NCBI GenBank assembly: GCA_012026655.1 | Contig: JAAILG010000813.1 | Coordinates: forward strand, 1-64,000 | DNA: 64,000 bases | Origin: Hydrolagus affinis | Lineage: Eukaryota | Direction: 5' to 3' | Part shown: positions 48,347-61,600 of the stretch, piece after piece | How positions within the stretch are numbered: position 1 is the stretch's first letter | Layout: every line of letters starts with the position of its first letter | Program-made: the position numbers and the translations under genes | Notes under the pieces: model-generated | Database searches by the model: none | Seen by the model: only the letters and a program-made list of their open reading frames with translations | Told to the model about the DNA's origin: nothing

Positions 48347-51300
48347 TGAACATTGCGGTGTTCAATGCCGCTGCTACAACGTGAATAGCAATGGTGATAT
48401 TTAAAGAGAGCTGGTTAAGGTACAAGCATTGTCACTCTGTCAGTCTGTCACTCTGGCTGTTGTGTCATTAAGGAAACAAAGCAGCAGTCACATCTGCACA
48501 GAAACATGAAAAGTGACCAACTGGCTCTGAAAATCATAAATGCAGATTTCAGGCTGGTTCCAAAGTTCTTCAAAGGTCATAGTAGTCAAAAAGCTGTCAA
48601 AAATTTATCTTCTTTTGTTTGAGAACAGAACAGTGCACCAGTCGTGACTCAAGAGACCAGCTGTATGGTTTGGCTCTTTCACCGAATTGGAAACATGAAA
48701 TCAATGCCTGGAGCCAGCACTAACTAACAGGCCTCAACTCAACTTCTTTGTGATTTGTGAAACCAGTATCAAGTATCACAAATGCAATAGAACAACAAAG
48801 CTTTTTCAAAGCGTTCAAAACAGTCTTAGTCTAGAGATTAGCAATGGCTTATTAAAACAAACCATGTGAGCTGAAAGCCTGAAAAGGATTGTTCCTTTAT
48901 TGCTTTTGGTTCTTAATCGCTTGTGTTATAACAAGGATTAGAGCACTCTATTGCTATGAGACCAACAGACGACAACAAAAAAAAATTACATTTATGAGCG
49001 CCTTTCACATCGGGAGGATGTCCTTAGCTATGAATTAGGGTATTAAATTCCATCTCCAGAAGCTTTAAAGCAGGTTTTCCACAAAAAGATTGATAATTTA
49101 AAGTCACAATTTCATATATTAGCAGCTCTGGTTGTGATCTCCTGCGAGTTCCAGTGGTGCTACACACCAGAGGATTTCTAATAATATCTATGGATTAGGG
49201 ATTCTGCAGCTAAACTACAAGAGCTCAGCTGGTACAGTGTCTGTCTCCATAGCGAGAGCTGAACACTGCATCATTTCAAGGCTATTATTTTCTCATTTCG
49301 GAATTTGATTTTGCTTTCTCTGAGCTTCACATGTTATTGGCAGCAAGGTAGGCAAGCCCTTTTTGAAATTGCGTCATATGGCCAATTGATTACACTGCGT
49401 AAAACACTGGAGGGAAAGCCCTTACTCAGCACTGGGGAGCCAACCTCAGTCTCATCACTCAGAATGAAAGATGCTGCTGTTACTGAGGGAATTCGGAATC
49501 CACTAGTTCAATTATTTTGAGTTTCTGCAAGAAATGACTGATGTGATCTTGGAATTAGTTTCCTTACTCTGTGTTATTCATTGAATAAATCATATTTCAT
49601 TTTATATCCTCTTAAATACAGGAGAAATTCCACAGCTGTAACTTCAAATGTTTTAATTTTTGCCTGTCATATGGAACATGATCTTCATCAAAAGAAAAGG
49701 TCCAGGGGGAGTGGGGGGAAGGAAAGAGAACAGGTAAGTGCAAGGAATGCAAACCACAAGTGCCACTTTTGCCACAACATTAACAAGTGGAAGTTATGAG
49801 ATGCTGCTTTCCATCCTTTGTCATCGCACCATATATTTGCAAACATAAATACGGTTTCCTCAAATAATTTTGAAATATAATTTATGTGTTGATCCAAACC
49901 TAGCTTTCATTCCAGATCCACTGCATTACCTGAGGAAAACATCATTACTAGTTAATTAATGGCCCAAAGAATACCATCATATCCAAGAACACGATATTAT
50001 ACAGCAGCAAATATAAGATATGTGTTCGCTATTTATATGAAGGGTGCTACATAAATGCAAGTTGTTATATTTTAGAACTCTGTGGTGCTGTTTACCATCT
50101 ATACAAGATACATAAAAATATACAGAACTGTGTACTACACAGAACTATCTACACAATCTCAAACAAAACAAGCCTAACCTCCATCATGTTACGACATCCA
50201 TCACTTTAAAGAGCAGTTCTGTTTTCTAAACAAAAAGGTCCTAAATCAGTTTGAAGGTCTATTTGAAAGAGAAATGGAAGGACAGAACAGATTTGCAAAG
50301 CAAAATAGAAGAAATCAACAGGACAAAAACAATGATTCAGGTTAGGAATGCAGGTCTGCGGCTATCATGGATAATCTGGAAGGCGCAGAAAAACTGATCC
50401 AAGCTATGCTACTCTTACATAATAATCTGCTGGCTGCAGACCAACAACGGTGGAAGTCTTGAGAAAGGGTTACTTCAACAAGCACTTGGTCAGAAAAAGG
50501 TGCACAAACGCGGGGATGGAAAAAAGATGCATGTAAAGCACTGCAAAAATGAACACATTACATCTGTGTACATATCTGCACTGCACAGAGCAATGTCATG
50601 TATAGCAATCTTACACAATCACATTTTAATCTTTTTCCCCAGAAGGGTTACTTCATACATTGAATATTCTCCAAGAGATCCTCTGATCTTCTGTGCAACT
50701 GAAGCCTTGTCTCTTTGGACCAATTGATTCTGTATCTCAGATCTGAATCAGGTGAATTCCAAATGGCTGGAGGCAATAAGGAAGGACAAGAGTTCCTCTA
50801 TGCCCCAGTTTTCTGACTTGAGTTACTGATTATAATACCCTGAAGAAATAAATCTTCAGAGTCAGGGAATATGAGAAGCATGTAAATCATTTATTGTAAA
50901 GTGGCTAAGTGGCACAGAGTCAATGCTGACTCTATTCTAAACTTAGGAGATATTTAAGGCAACAAACTGAAGTCTTAGTAACTGAAGGAATTCCCCCATA
51001 CATACACAGTTTTGTGAATTCAACACGACTGCAGTTTGCACAAAGGTCATTGTACATGCTTTTTTTTTCCCTTTCCCTCGCCACACTATCAATTCAAGAT
51101 AGACCTATGAATTAGTACTGCTATTATGTGCCCCACCTGCACAAAAGTGCATCGCTTTATATTTGAAGATACAGTATTTAATTTTAACCTCCTATATAAA
51201 TTTGTTATAACCTGGACCTTGAGCAGCAGAGAAATTGTGATTCTGAATAGAAAGCTACACAGATTTAATTCACCGAGCACGCCCACAAAATGCATCAAAG

Positions 51301-52291
51301 CAACAAAGTGTATTGCCATAGATTTGGCAGACATTGGCATGCTTGTAATATTCAACAGTATAAAGCACTAAGTGGAAGCAAGGAAATGCCTCACACAGTG
51401 TTAGTGGGAGGCTATCAGCTAGGGCAGAGCATTTTCATTTGCAGCTAAACAGCCAACAGACAGCCACACTGGCATACTGGTTATGCAACCTTTTGGCAAC
51501 ATACAATTGGAGTGGGAATCGGAAGAGCCAGGAAATGTGGGAACAACATATTGAGGGAGGAGGCAAAAGACCTGTAACCATACAAAAAATGGTACCACTG
51601 TGTCTCCATTAAAACTATATATTTTAGCCTTTTAAGTTGAATAGGATTTGTGCAGAAGCAAAAGGCCAGTTTTAAACACACTCTGGGAGATTGCAGCTTT
51701 AATTGGACTTCAGACATATCCTCATCTGTGACATTACTGACAGACCCAACATAATCTGTGTTAATTTGCACTTGTAAAATCACATCATAATTGAATTTAT
51801 AAAATTATAGCTTTTCATACTCTGAAAGTCTACACTCAGTCATAATACTCTAAGGAAACAGATATTCAATAAAGCCAGGTATTGTGCATCACTAAATGGT
51901 AGCACACAGAATCAGGCTCCACAATAATCCAAGTCTTCCATCTCGGGGGAGAAGTAAGTTCAACACAGGCCATTCATGTCAAATGCTTTGGCCTTTATAA
52001 CATGAAAAATACACCCACTTCACATTTATCATGGTGCAGCAACTACAGAGGAGGCACAGCTTTTATTGCTGTATGTGTGCATGGTGTCACCAAAGTGAGA
52101 ACAGGCAAAGGGGTTGCAAACAAATAATTTAGCCCCCAAACCCACACAGTCTAGATTTCATCACCAAACTGTTAGTAGAGTACTGCATGTAGCAATTTCC
52201 TAGTTACAGTCTCTATTATGTGGGTGGAAACTAATCTGGTTTAAACCATTAGACTATGATTGAGGTTCCATGTTAGATCTTATTGGCGGAT

Positions 52292-52594
52292 ATAATAATA
52301 ATCCTTGCATTTGATGTAGCACTTTTCATCTCTTCTAGACGTCTCAAAGCACTTCACAGAATATACTGTATAGTGAATTGACTGTATATTTGTGGGTGAA
52401 TTGCAGTAGCCAATTGCATACAGCAGTCGTGGATTGAAATTATCAATTTATTACTGTATAGTTTTTTTTGGAACAGATTATTATTAGGAGTGTGGAGTAA
52501 GGAAATTTATCCAAGGTTTCGCCCTGACCTGCCTAGATTCAAAACACAGGTCTCATGCTTGTAAGGCAAGTGCTCTAACCACTGAGCTACAGGA
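52292..52594 (-). mobile_element. tRNA-derived Deu-domain SINE
   Basis: Tail through head gctctaaccactgagctacagga; GGATATA repeated at both ends. Confidence 0.9.
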
Positions 52595-54332
52595 TATACC
52601 ATAAGCTAACCTTCAGGAGAGGCAGGTGAGCTGTTACCAGTTCAGTTGTTTACTGCAAGATTGCAAATTTTACAGCATTGACAGAAGTGATGCATCAAGC
52701 CAATGCTAGTTGAGGGCGGAAATAGCTAACACAATTGAAGTTTTTTAAAAAAACATTCACCCAATTTTGGTGTGTGAACTCGTACAACAAAATATGTTGG
52801 GAGAGTTTGCTGTTCATCCAGTTCCCACAGGAGAAGCTGGGCCTGGTACCATAGCTGCATATTAAGGCATTATCACAGCAATTAAGGAGTGACAGGCTTT
52901 CAAATTAAAACCACAAGGCAAAACGTTCTTGAAAAAGATGACAAAATGTGGCTTCTGGATTAATTTACATTTACAGATAGCCTCTGGATTCCGGAAGAAG
53001 GGCTAACAGCAGCATTTTGAGGATTCAGGTCCAAAAATTCCTGTTCACTGCAACTGCAGAATTTAAGGAGAAATAGTTTACAATTTTTTAAATTAAATAT
53101 GTGGAGCGGTGTGGGGGCGGAGATGGTCTACAAACGCGATAAATGGCTTAAACTTGGAATAACTATGAAAAATCAATCAGATTTCTGCTTTAAAGGTTTT
53201 TTTAAAAAAAAGAAACTTTCCCTTCCCTGTCTACACAGCGTTCACTGAAAGAATCGTAATGATCCCATGAAAAGGAATATTCAAACACTGAACCTACACA
53301 GCAAAATGATTCAATACCTTGCTACCAAAAGAAAGAATCAATTAAACCCCCTTGTTGAATCAAAAGCAATAATTTTAATCGCATTTTACAGAGTTTGAGG
53401 ACTTCAAACACTTCTTAACAAGCGTGTGTAAGTAGTCAAGGAGGGCTTTCCTTGCAAATCCGAGTTGAAAAGTTGAAAGCCCCAGAGGCAAAGCTCATGC
53501 AAATTGGAGGATGCTGAACGCAATAACCTGTTCAACCTCAGAAGAGTCTTAAACAGAAATCGTGTCACACCCGTTTAAGTGAAGGCAGAGGAGGGAGGAA
53601 ATCCTTGATTGTGCTTTTGTGTCTCCTTTGAGGGCAGATTAAAGGCCAGAAAAAGCATAAGAGCATGCAGCTGCTGACCACGCATTTGCTTTGGGATAGG
53701 CAATGTCAGGTGTCAGCCTAGCTCACCGGATGGCATGTCACCTGTCTCACCCCAAGGATTATGCATAATGCCAGAGATGGCAAAAGGGAGTGCCACACAC
53801 ATACACATTGCTTGTGGTGGCTGGCAGCTTCATAACACCAATTGGCAGAAACCTAGGAATTGGTCAGCTTCTTGCTCCCCTTTACAGGATTTTGTGTTAC
53901 GGAAGGTCAAGAAAGAAGACAGAATCCAGAATATATCTGTATATAAAAATACTGATTTTGTAACCTGACATTATTTTCAATTATTTGCAGGCAGTTGGGA
54001 ACCCTTCAATAGAAAAGCCATCATCATTGGAAATTTTCTCCTAAAGAGATTTTGAAAATAATAAACTGCATGAATTGTATCTTCCAAAACTATCAATATA
54101 TTCAAGATACTGGTTGAAGTAAAAGTAATTAAACTTCCCTTTCATCAGCCTCAAATGAAAATTTATTACCTGCTGTCTAATGAGTAATCGTTATCCAAGC
54201 AGAAAATAATTAGAATAACCAGAGTACATTTTTACAGAACAGCCCCAGCCAACATAGATTCAGAAACCAAGTGTGTTACCTCCATCAATGCAAACCTAAT
54301 CTGCACGGAAGCAAGAGCAGAGAATAACAGAA

Positions 54333-54469
54333 ATCATCATCCTTGCATTTCAGATAGCGTTTTATCGTGTTGTCAAGACGTCTCAAAGAGCTTCACAGGA
54401 TATACTATAAAGTGGATTGAATGTGTATTTTGAGGCTGAATCATAGCAGCTTGCACACAGCAATGTAAG
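54333..54469 (-). mobile_element. Deu-SINE 3' portion
   Basis: atcatcatccttgcatttc...gcttgcacacagcaatgtaag. Confidence 0.75.
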
Positions 54470-54759
54470 TATGCGGCATATCAGCTGTTGACATGCACAG
54501 CATGCAATCTTATCCATCATTTCGGCATCTCTGTACGAAGGTCAAAGTAATTCAGATAGTTGCAAACCATCATGGTCGGCCAGAGACACCATTTGTTTAA
54601 AAGGCAGTGCAGCCGGACTGAAATATCAATGACAATCTGGTGTTTCTCCCTGCATTGTTTTCTCCTTTTTACATCACTGTGCAACAACAACAAGTAGATA
54701 TAAATGTAATAAATTCTCAGCTATGGTACAAGGAGAAGCTTATACAGCTGAATTAGAAA

Positions 54760-55100
54760 AAGATTGCATGTCGGGGGTATGATCTTGTAAAATGTTGAGA
54801 GTAACAGATGACTTAACTTTAAGCAGGTTAACTGGCTCAGATCACGACATCAGAACTAGAGGGCATAGATTTCAACTTAAAATGTTTTCAATGGGATTAG
54901 AATTTGAAATATAGATTTTGTTCCCCAGGAGTGAATTATTTGGGAACAGGTGTCTATCAAAAACAGTTGGTGCTACACAGAATAATTCCTGAGTAAATAA
55001 TTGTTCAAGGACACTATAATAGGATACTGGGAAAGGTGTGGGCTGTGATGAACAAGTACTCCATGGGACTCAACAGTTCCTGTGCTGCATGGGCCAGAGA
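54760..55100 (+). mobile_element. Old CR1 3' fragment
   Basis: agaactagagggcatagatttcaac and a decayed 3' UTR gatgaacaagtactccatgggactcaac. Confidence 0.5.
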
Positions 55101-56617
55101 GGGAGAGGGAATGTTGCGTATTGGGTATGAGGGAATAGATAAAATGTGGAGATGGATGAACAAGTTCTTCTTTTATTTTCTTTGGGACTTGCAAAACTTT
55201 CATCTGTTTAACCTTCTATGGCAAAGTCTGTGCTAGAATAGATTGTGAGTGGACTAAGCTGGGTTGACTGACTTGGTTCAAATAGTCAACTTTTCCACGT
55301 GTTTTACCTTCTCAAAGTCAAGGAAAACACTCACCTGTTTATAAAACACTTGCTTTTATTTGCCTCGAATAAATGTCAACAAATAGGAATGTTTAAATAC
55401 ACCACAGGGTACAGCTTTCACACTGTAGCAAAGTGTGCAGGCTTTCTGGATCACATTTTTTTTAAAAGGAACATAGGGGACCAGCCCACATAAGAAACTC
55501 GGGGACACAAAGCTACATTGTGAGAGCAGATGCTCATGTTCTGAAGAGCATTGTGATATAATTAACTGATCATCCCACTGTGCCTGATAATATGTATGGG
55601 CTTTTGCTGGAACATCACAGTGCAACAAAACCCTGCATTAAACAAGCACATCTATCCAACATTACCAAATGATTCTCGTTATTATGTGGTTTGTTTTGAA
55701 AGATTTCACAACTTGGTTAGAAATCAACTGGGTTAGAAGGTAGACAGAACACATGTGCGGTGAAACCCTTACACCTAACAAGGAAGTGGGGGAGGATTTT
55801 TAAGCAGGCGAGAAGAGGAATTAAAACAAATGTATAGGAAGAGCCTGTGTTCAGATTTTCTCTGAAATAAAGAGGCTGTTTAACTGTTCAGAAGAACCAC
55901 ATTTAGGGGAGAAAATGACCAAAAACTATTGGTTCCACGCATAAGTCTGAATATGCAGATATTTTCAGTTTGGCAACAAAATCCCACAATGCTAATCAAT
56001 AGAGAAAATACGTCCTTTGCTCCCACTTTGCTCTCTGAAGCCCTTTCTTTGCTTTCTGCACTATACAGTCAGCAGCTGAGCAAATATGAACTTAGATCCA
56101 GGACCTCTGTCACAGCACATCTGAAGTGGCCCAGAGCTACTGTAAACGTCCAGGCGGGAATGACATTCTCTCCAGAGCGCCTTCTAATTGTGGTATAGAC
56201 TGGAAAATGAATGAGTGAAGAGTATAGAGCTCAGACACGCTTTGTGAAAGAGCTACTTGGGTAGGAGCATTAGGGAACTTTGGTTCAGCTTTGTCCGTGT
56301 GGTTGACATTTGCTAATGTGTGCCTTATTGCTAACAGCACACTTTCAGCATTAATAAAATAAATATGCTCTCCGCAGAATTAGAACCATCCATCAGCTTT
56401 TCCTAAAATTGATGGGAAACTGAAGAGTCATTATTTACAAACCTGTAAGACTTTAATAACACTATTTTAAAAATAATGAGCAAATAATGATTCTTGGTCA
56501 CCCTTCCAAATCAGATACATTAGCAGCTGATTCAGAGCAGAGAGCAGAGAACGGGTTGGCAAAATCCAAGGTATGAGGAACCAAGTGTTGATTGGGGTAC
56601 TAATGAAGTCTAACCAG

Positions 56618-56760
56618 TAGGGTCCGTCAATATGGAAATTTTCCAATTTAGATATATCAATGGGCTCATATCGAGATATACCGATATATCGATATTTTCA
56701 GGTTTTTTGTACTGCGCATGCGCGAGCGTCACAAGGTGCGCGCGCATTCGGGGCCTATCT
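56618..56760 (+). mobile_element. Probable hAT-type MITE left end with CpG-rich subterminal region
   Basis: TAGGGTCCGTCAATAT start, ATATCGATAT palindromes, TGCGCATGCGCG; no matching right end found. Confidence 0.45.
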
Positions 56761-57784
56761 CCTCAGGAGATAACTATCTCTCTCTCTGTGTGTCTCTCAC
56801 ACTCACTCAAGCCTAGCAAGCTTTACTACTTCTTGTCCAGCTAGGACCACTAAACCTTTGTCTAGCAGAGTTAGCAGGAACTGAGTGGGAAGAGTCCCTG
56901 CCCTCAGTGACTGTTAATCCATGTTACTGTTATATGTGCCACCATCTCACGTCCTGCACTATCGACATCAGTTAACGTGTGAGACTATAAATCAAACCTG
57001 TGAGCTCCAGGACTGTAAAGCTTATTACCAAACCAACCAATGCCTTTATCCTTTAAAATACTGAGGTGGGGGCGAATCCATGAATAACTTTCGTTCTTAT
57101 TATACTTCTCAGCAGTGGTTCACAGTAAAACAACTGTAATCTTTGTTGTTTATTCAAAAGCTTTGAATTTATTCTGATTTGTCACAAATGGAAACAACCA
57201 CAGCCATTCAACTGACACTGCAATCTATAATGAAAGAAGTAATCCTACACTTAATAGCTTAATAGACACGGGTAAACAGTAGGAATTATTTCATTAAAGT
57301 AGAAGATATAAGGGGTAAAACCTGGAAACTGTAAGATTTCCAATGCCTCTTCCCTTAAAATGAGTTAAATGGTTCACAGCTTCCTCTATAGTTACATGCT
57401 TCCAGAGTAACGTCTCATGCTGTACATGTGTTTCTTGTAAACTGGCTCCAGTCAACGAATCAGAAGATATAGGCTTTACATCAAAATGAAAACGTCAACC
57501 CATTGAGGCCTCACTAATTCCAAACCATATTTGGGGGAAAAAAAGTTACTGCAGGCTAAAGCTGTTTAGATTCTGTTGCCTTGAAACTCAAACATTGGAT
57601 ATAAGAATCTATTTTTGTTTCATGACTGGAATTGACGAACAGCTACACCCACTGCCTTCATTCCTATTAACTTGCACAACTGACTATTCTTGACCTGATT
57701 GAAATCTTTAAAAAGATCAAGCAAAGAGACAAAAATACCACCCAGGAAAATGAAGGTAGTTATAGAAATCCATGTACAGTACAT

Positions 57785-57865
57785 CTGAAAACATGACTCA
57801 CTTTTCCTTTCTCCATAGATGCTGCCTGACCTGCCTAGTGTTCCCAGCGACTTCTGTTTTTATTC
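57785..57865 (+). mobile_element. Penelope-like terminal fragment
   Basis: tgaaaacatgactcacttttcctttctccatagatgctgcctgacctgcctagtgttcccagcgacttctgtttt, the reverse complement of 38482-38555. Confidence 0.8.
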
Positions 57866-57890
57866 CATGTACACACGAGTTAGTCAATTA

Positions 57891-58109
57891 CAGTAAAAGC
57901 CCATTCATCCAGCACCCGATCAACCGTAACTTCCGTATAACCGGCATTGCAAAACAACAGTCTGCATTCGATTAACCGGAATCTATCCGAAAAAATGCTT
58001 TGAAAAAAAAATATATATTTATTTGTTGTGTTTTCGGCCGAATATCCGGCAGGCGCTTTAACCGGCATTGGCCAGGTCCCAAGGGTGCCGGATAAACGGG
58101 CTTTTACTG
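57891..58109 (-). mobile_element. Tigger-like MITE, third copy, inverted
   Basis: TA-CAGTAAAAGCCCATTCATCCAGCACCC ... GGGTGCCGGATAAACGGGCTTTTACTG-TA; 219 bp. Confidence 0.92.
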
Positions 58110-59163
58110 TACCTTCAATTGACCTGTACCTACAATTTGTTGTTGTTGAACGGGGGAATACAGTACCACCTCATAATATTGCGTTAGTTGAGGTCTATGA
58201 TATCCCAACCAGTGCAAGAACAGTGAACAGTCAAAGAGAAAATACATTTTAGTTCAGAAAACAAAAGCAAATACATTTTCAGATCAGTGCTGAAAATTAT
58301 CACTCACTCTGAGCAATTTCAACAAAAAGTCAATGCCAAATACAGCAAGATCTAATCTCATCTGCACCTTACTTAGCCACTCCAGTTGTATTTGAACAGC
58401 CAGCTAAAATGCTGCTACATTCTGTATTCATGCCCTGGGAAGTGCATTCTACTGTTTACTCCTACAGCTGGCCATTCCAATTGTTTCAGACATTTGTTTT
58501 GATGCTGTGATCTAATAAAATGCTTATGCTGAGACTCAGTACAAGTTGGGCTAAGAATTCAAATGCAAACAGTGGAAACAATCCATCTGTAGTGCAGTCG
58601 CAGTTGGCGTGCACTGTGGAGTAGGTATGCCACCATGATCTTTCCCCCAACTGCTCTGATTTCTCACACATGCCAGGTTTTTTTTTGGAAAACACACCAG
58701 CTGTCTATGTTTTGGCTGCAGATAAGGAGTACAGGAGATGATTGTGGCAGAATAATGGGGATTTCAACAGTGAACCAACTGCTGCCATATATCAGCAGGC
58801 ATCCATACACGTCTGACCTGGTAGAGAGCAGGTTACCTACCTACCCTGTGGGTGGGTCTCATAGACTTTACTAAGGTTCAGTTTCAGTGATAACCAGAGG
58901 TTGGATTCTATGACAAATAAGTAATGTGGATGTTTGTGCAATCAAGTAACTTGCCCTATACTAGGTCTAAATCAACATCGCTTTATCCAACTACAGTATA
59001 ATGAGAGTTTTTGGAGAAGTTTTGGACTGTTTTTGGAGAAGAAAAAAATCATCCAAATAATTTTATTGATCATAGCACATAGAAATGTCATTGTGACTTT
59101 GCTCAGAAGTTGTCTCAGTGCTATGTGCAGATGAGAGACCAGATCAGAAAGTCCCAGAAACAT

Positions 59164-59365
59164 TCGTGGATCGAAATTACCAATTTTTTTTGGAAGGAAT
59201 TATGGACTCCCAGAAAAGAGATCTGCCAATTGACTAACAACCTGGTTCCTATTTACTGCTAGATAAACAGGGGCGTGTTGAGTAAGAAAACTTGCTCAAC
59301 ATTTCGCCCTACCAGGAATCGAACCCAGTGTTCGAGTGCCTCTGAATTCTGAGCTACAGGACTCC
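59164..59365 (-). mobile_element. Deu-SINE 5' half
   Basis: caacctggttcctatttactgctagataaacag...ggaatcgaaccc...gagctacaggactcc. Confidence 0.85.
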
Positions 59366-59654
59366 ACGGGATTGGATCTAATTGTGAACACTGATGTTAG
59401 ATTTCAGAGTTCCAGTACTTCCCATTGCAGCAATTTAAATGTAAAGAGTTTTGCAAAATCTTAATCTTTAGTTTATCTTCTCATCCATCTGAGATTACAT
59501 GAGCTCAGTTTCATCTCCAAAAACTGCTGCTGCACTATGACCCAAGACTCACTATTGAGTAATGGGAGAAATGTTGGTTATTATCACTTTATTGTTATTC
59601 TACAGTTATGAAAACAAAATTGCCTTTTCAGATCCTGTACGATAGCAATAGCAG

Positions 59655-59745
59655 AAGTAAGTAAGTAATCCTTAAGTTTATATAGCGCTTTCAATGTCTT
59701 ATCGACGTCCCAAAGCGCTTCACAGAGTTTGGGGAAGGAAAGTAG
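59655..59745 (-). mobile_element. L2-type 3' tail with (TTAC)n terminal repeat
   Basis: aagtaagtaagtaatccttaagtttatatagcgctttcaatgtcttatcgacgtcccaaagcgcttcacag. Confidence 0.6.
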
Positions 59746-60788
59746 GAAAATTAACTACATATTTGTGGGCGAAAAAAAAAGCTGTTCGAAAGCCTTGGCT
59801 AGCCCAGATCTTGAGGATATCTGCTCTACATCTTCACCACTCCTCTTTTGGATCCAGTGTAGGAACACAACTGTTTTGAATTGAATCATTTTGGGACCCA
59901 TAGTTCATTACATATTAAGGCTTTTTGAGTCAGAAATCATCTTCTTCTGAGCTTTTTTTTAAAAATACCAACAGTCATAAGTGATTTATTCCAAAACAGC
60001 TTCAAGGTCACAATGTTTCCATCACAGAGAAGCAAATGAGAAAAGGCTCCTTTAAAAACCAAGTTTAATCAGCCAAATACTTGGGAGTCCACTCAGGTAT
60101 CAACTAAGGCAGAAGTTGGCTGCTATAAATTGGTCTAAACTAGAGCGAGAATATACGTCAGCTAGGGTTCCCCACTACACATTGCTACCCAGTTACATTT
60201 GCTGAAAAGTGAGCATTGGACAATGAGAACAAGATTGAGCTCAGCTAGGATGCTGAATATAAGAAAGAAATTTAGAGCAGCAAAAATAAAATTACCAAAG
60301 AAAGGCGATCGTAATTCCTTCCTCTCTTCACCTTCTTTCTCCCTAATCCATTTGAACCATGAGAAAATGCCCTACTCAATAAGTTTAGCCCAAGTCAAGA
60401 AACCTCCAGAATTGTGGAGATAGTTGAATTAATGATACTCAACTGAGAAGCATATGCACACCATACTGATTTGTTTAAATAGACACTACAATCTCATTAA
60501 TTTGCATGAAGAAACTATCATTAGCAGTGAGTGAACAGTGGCAGGATGCAAAACATAAATTAGAAATCACTCCCAATAGATATTACAACAGATCTGAGCA
60601 CCAGCCAGAATGATGGAATATGAACTCAGTCCATCACATTGCAGAGTTCTTCACAGCAGCTTTGGGGGTCGCAAAGTACCAAATGCAGACAGAAGGCAAG
60701 TCCCACAAGGAAGGCAATGTTGCCATTTCGTGTTGGCCACCTGCTAACAACAAAGAGTAAAGGTACTGCTACTCCTCAGTTAATATTG

Positions 60789-61235
60789 GGGATGTGTTCT
60801 TGAAAAATGCGATTTTAACTGACACGACTGATAATGAAACCCAAATTACCATAGTCGTAAATTTATAAAAAGGGGTTACATTCCCTCGGTCCATTTCTTG
60901 TCTAAATATTCTTACGCAAATATTAAACAAAAGAGCAAAAACAACACTACTGCTATTGAGAATTGAAATAAATGTTTAATAAGTACCAATATATCAATTA
61001 AATAATAATACAACAAGAAAACTTATTGGAGATGATTGGAGATGCTGCAGTAGTCGGCAACGGTGAGTGGCAGGGGCAGAGTCAATCAGATGAAAGGGTG
61101 GATGGCCGTTTAAAAAATCTCTCCAATGTTTGCTGCACTGCTTTTTTTCTTCTGGTACAACTGCACATTTTTTCTAAACTTTACGACAGTTGTCGTAAAA
61201 TCGCATTTTGTGATTATTTTATAAACGAACGTATA
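60789..61235. mobile_element. Possible old DNA transposon with degenerate inverted ends
   Basis: AAAATGCGATTTTA (~60804) versus TAAAATCGCATTTT (~61196); palindrome TTTACGACA-GT-TGTCGTAAA at 61180-61199. Confidence 0.35.
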
Positions 61236-61364
61236 TTCAAATAATGGATAGTGAGACGATGGATAACGAGGAGTTCCAGTACTTTACTCCAATTCCCATC
61301 AAAGTAACATGCAAATCCCATTCTAACTCATAGTGATGATTGTCAACCATATGTTGGCAATGGT

Positions 61365-61600
61365 TCAACAGCAAATTGCATTTATATAGCATCCCTTTCA
61401 CAGTGTCATAGTGTCCAGAGCGCTTGCCAGTGCGGGAGGGGTAACCGTAGGCATGGTTGAAGAGGAAAATCTTCAATCTTAACCTGAAGATGGGGAAGGA
61501 AGGAGCAAGGCAAAGGGAGAGAGGAAGAATGTTCCAAAGTTTGGGGGCATAGTGGCTGAAAGCACGGACACCAATGATTGAAATGGATCAGGGAGTAGGA
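61365..61600 (-). mobile_element. L2 3' end, older copy
   Basis: caacagcaaattgcatttatatagc...ggcatggttgaagagg...gaatgttccaaagtttgggggcatagtggctgaaagcacgg. Confidence 0.75.
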
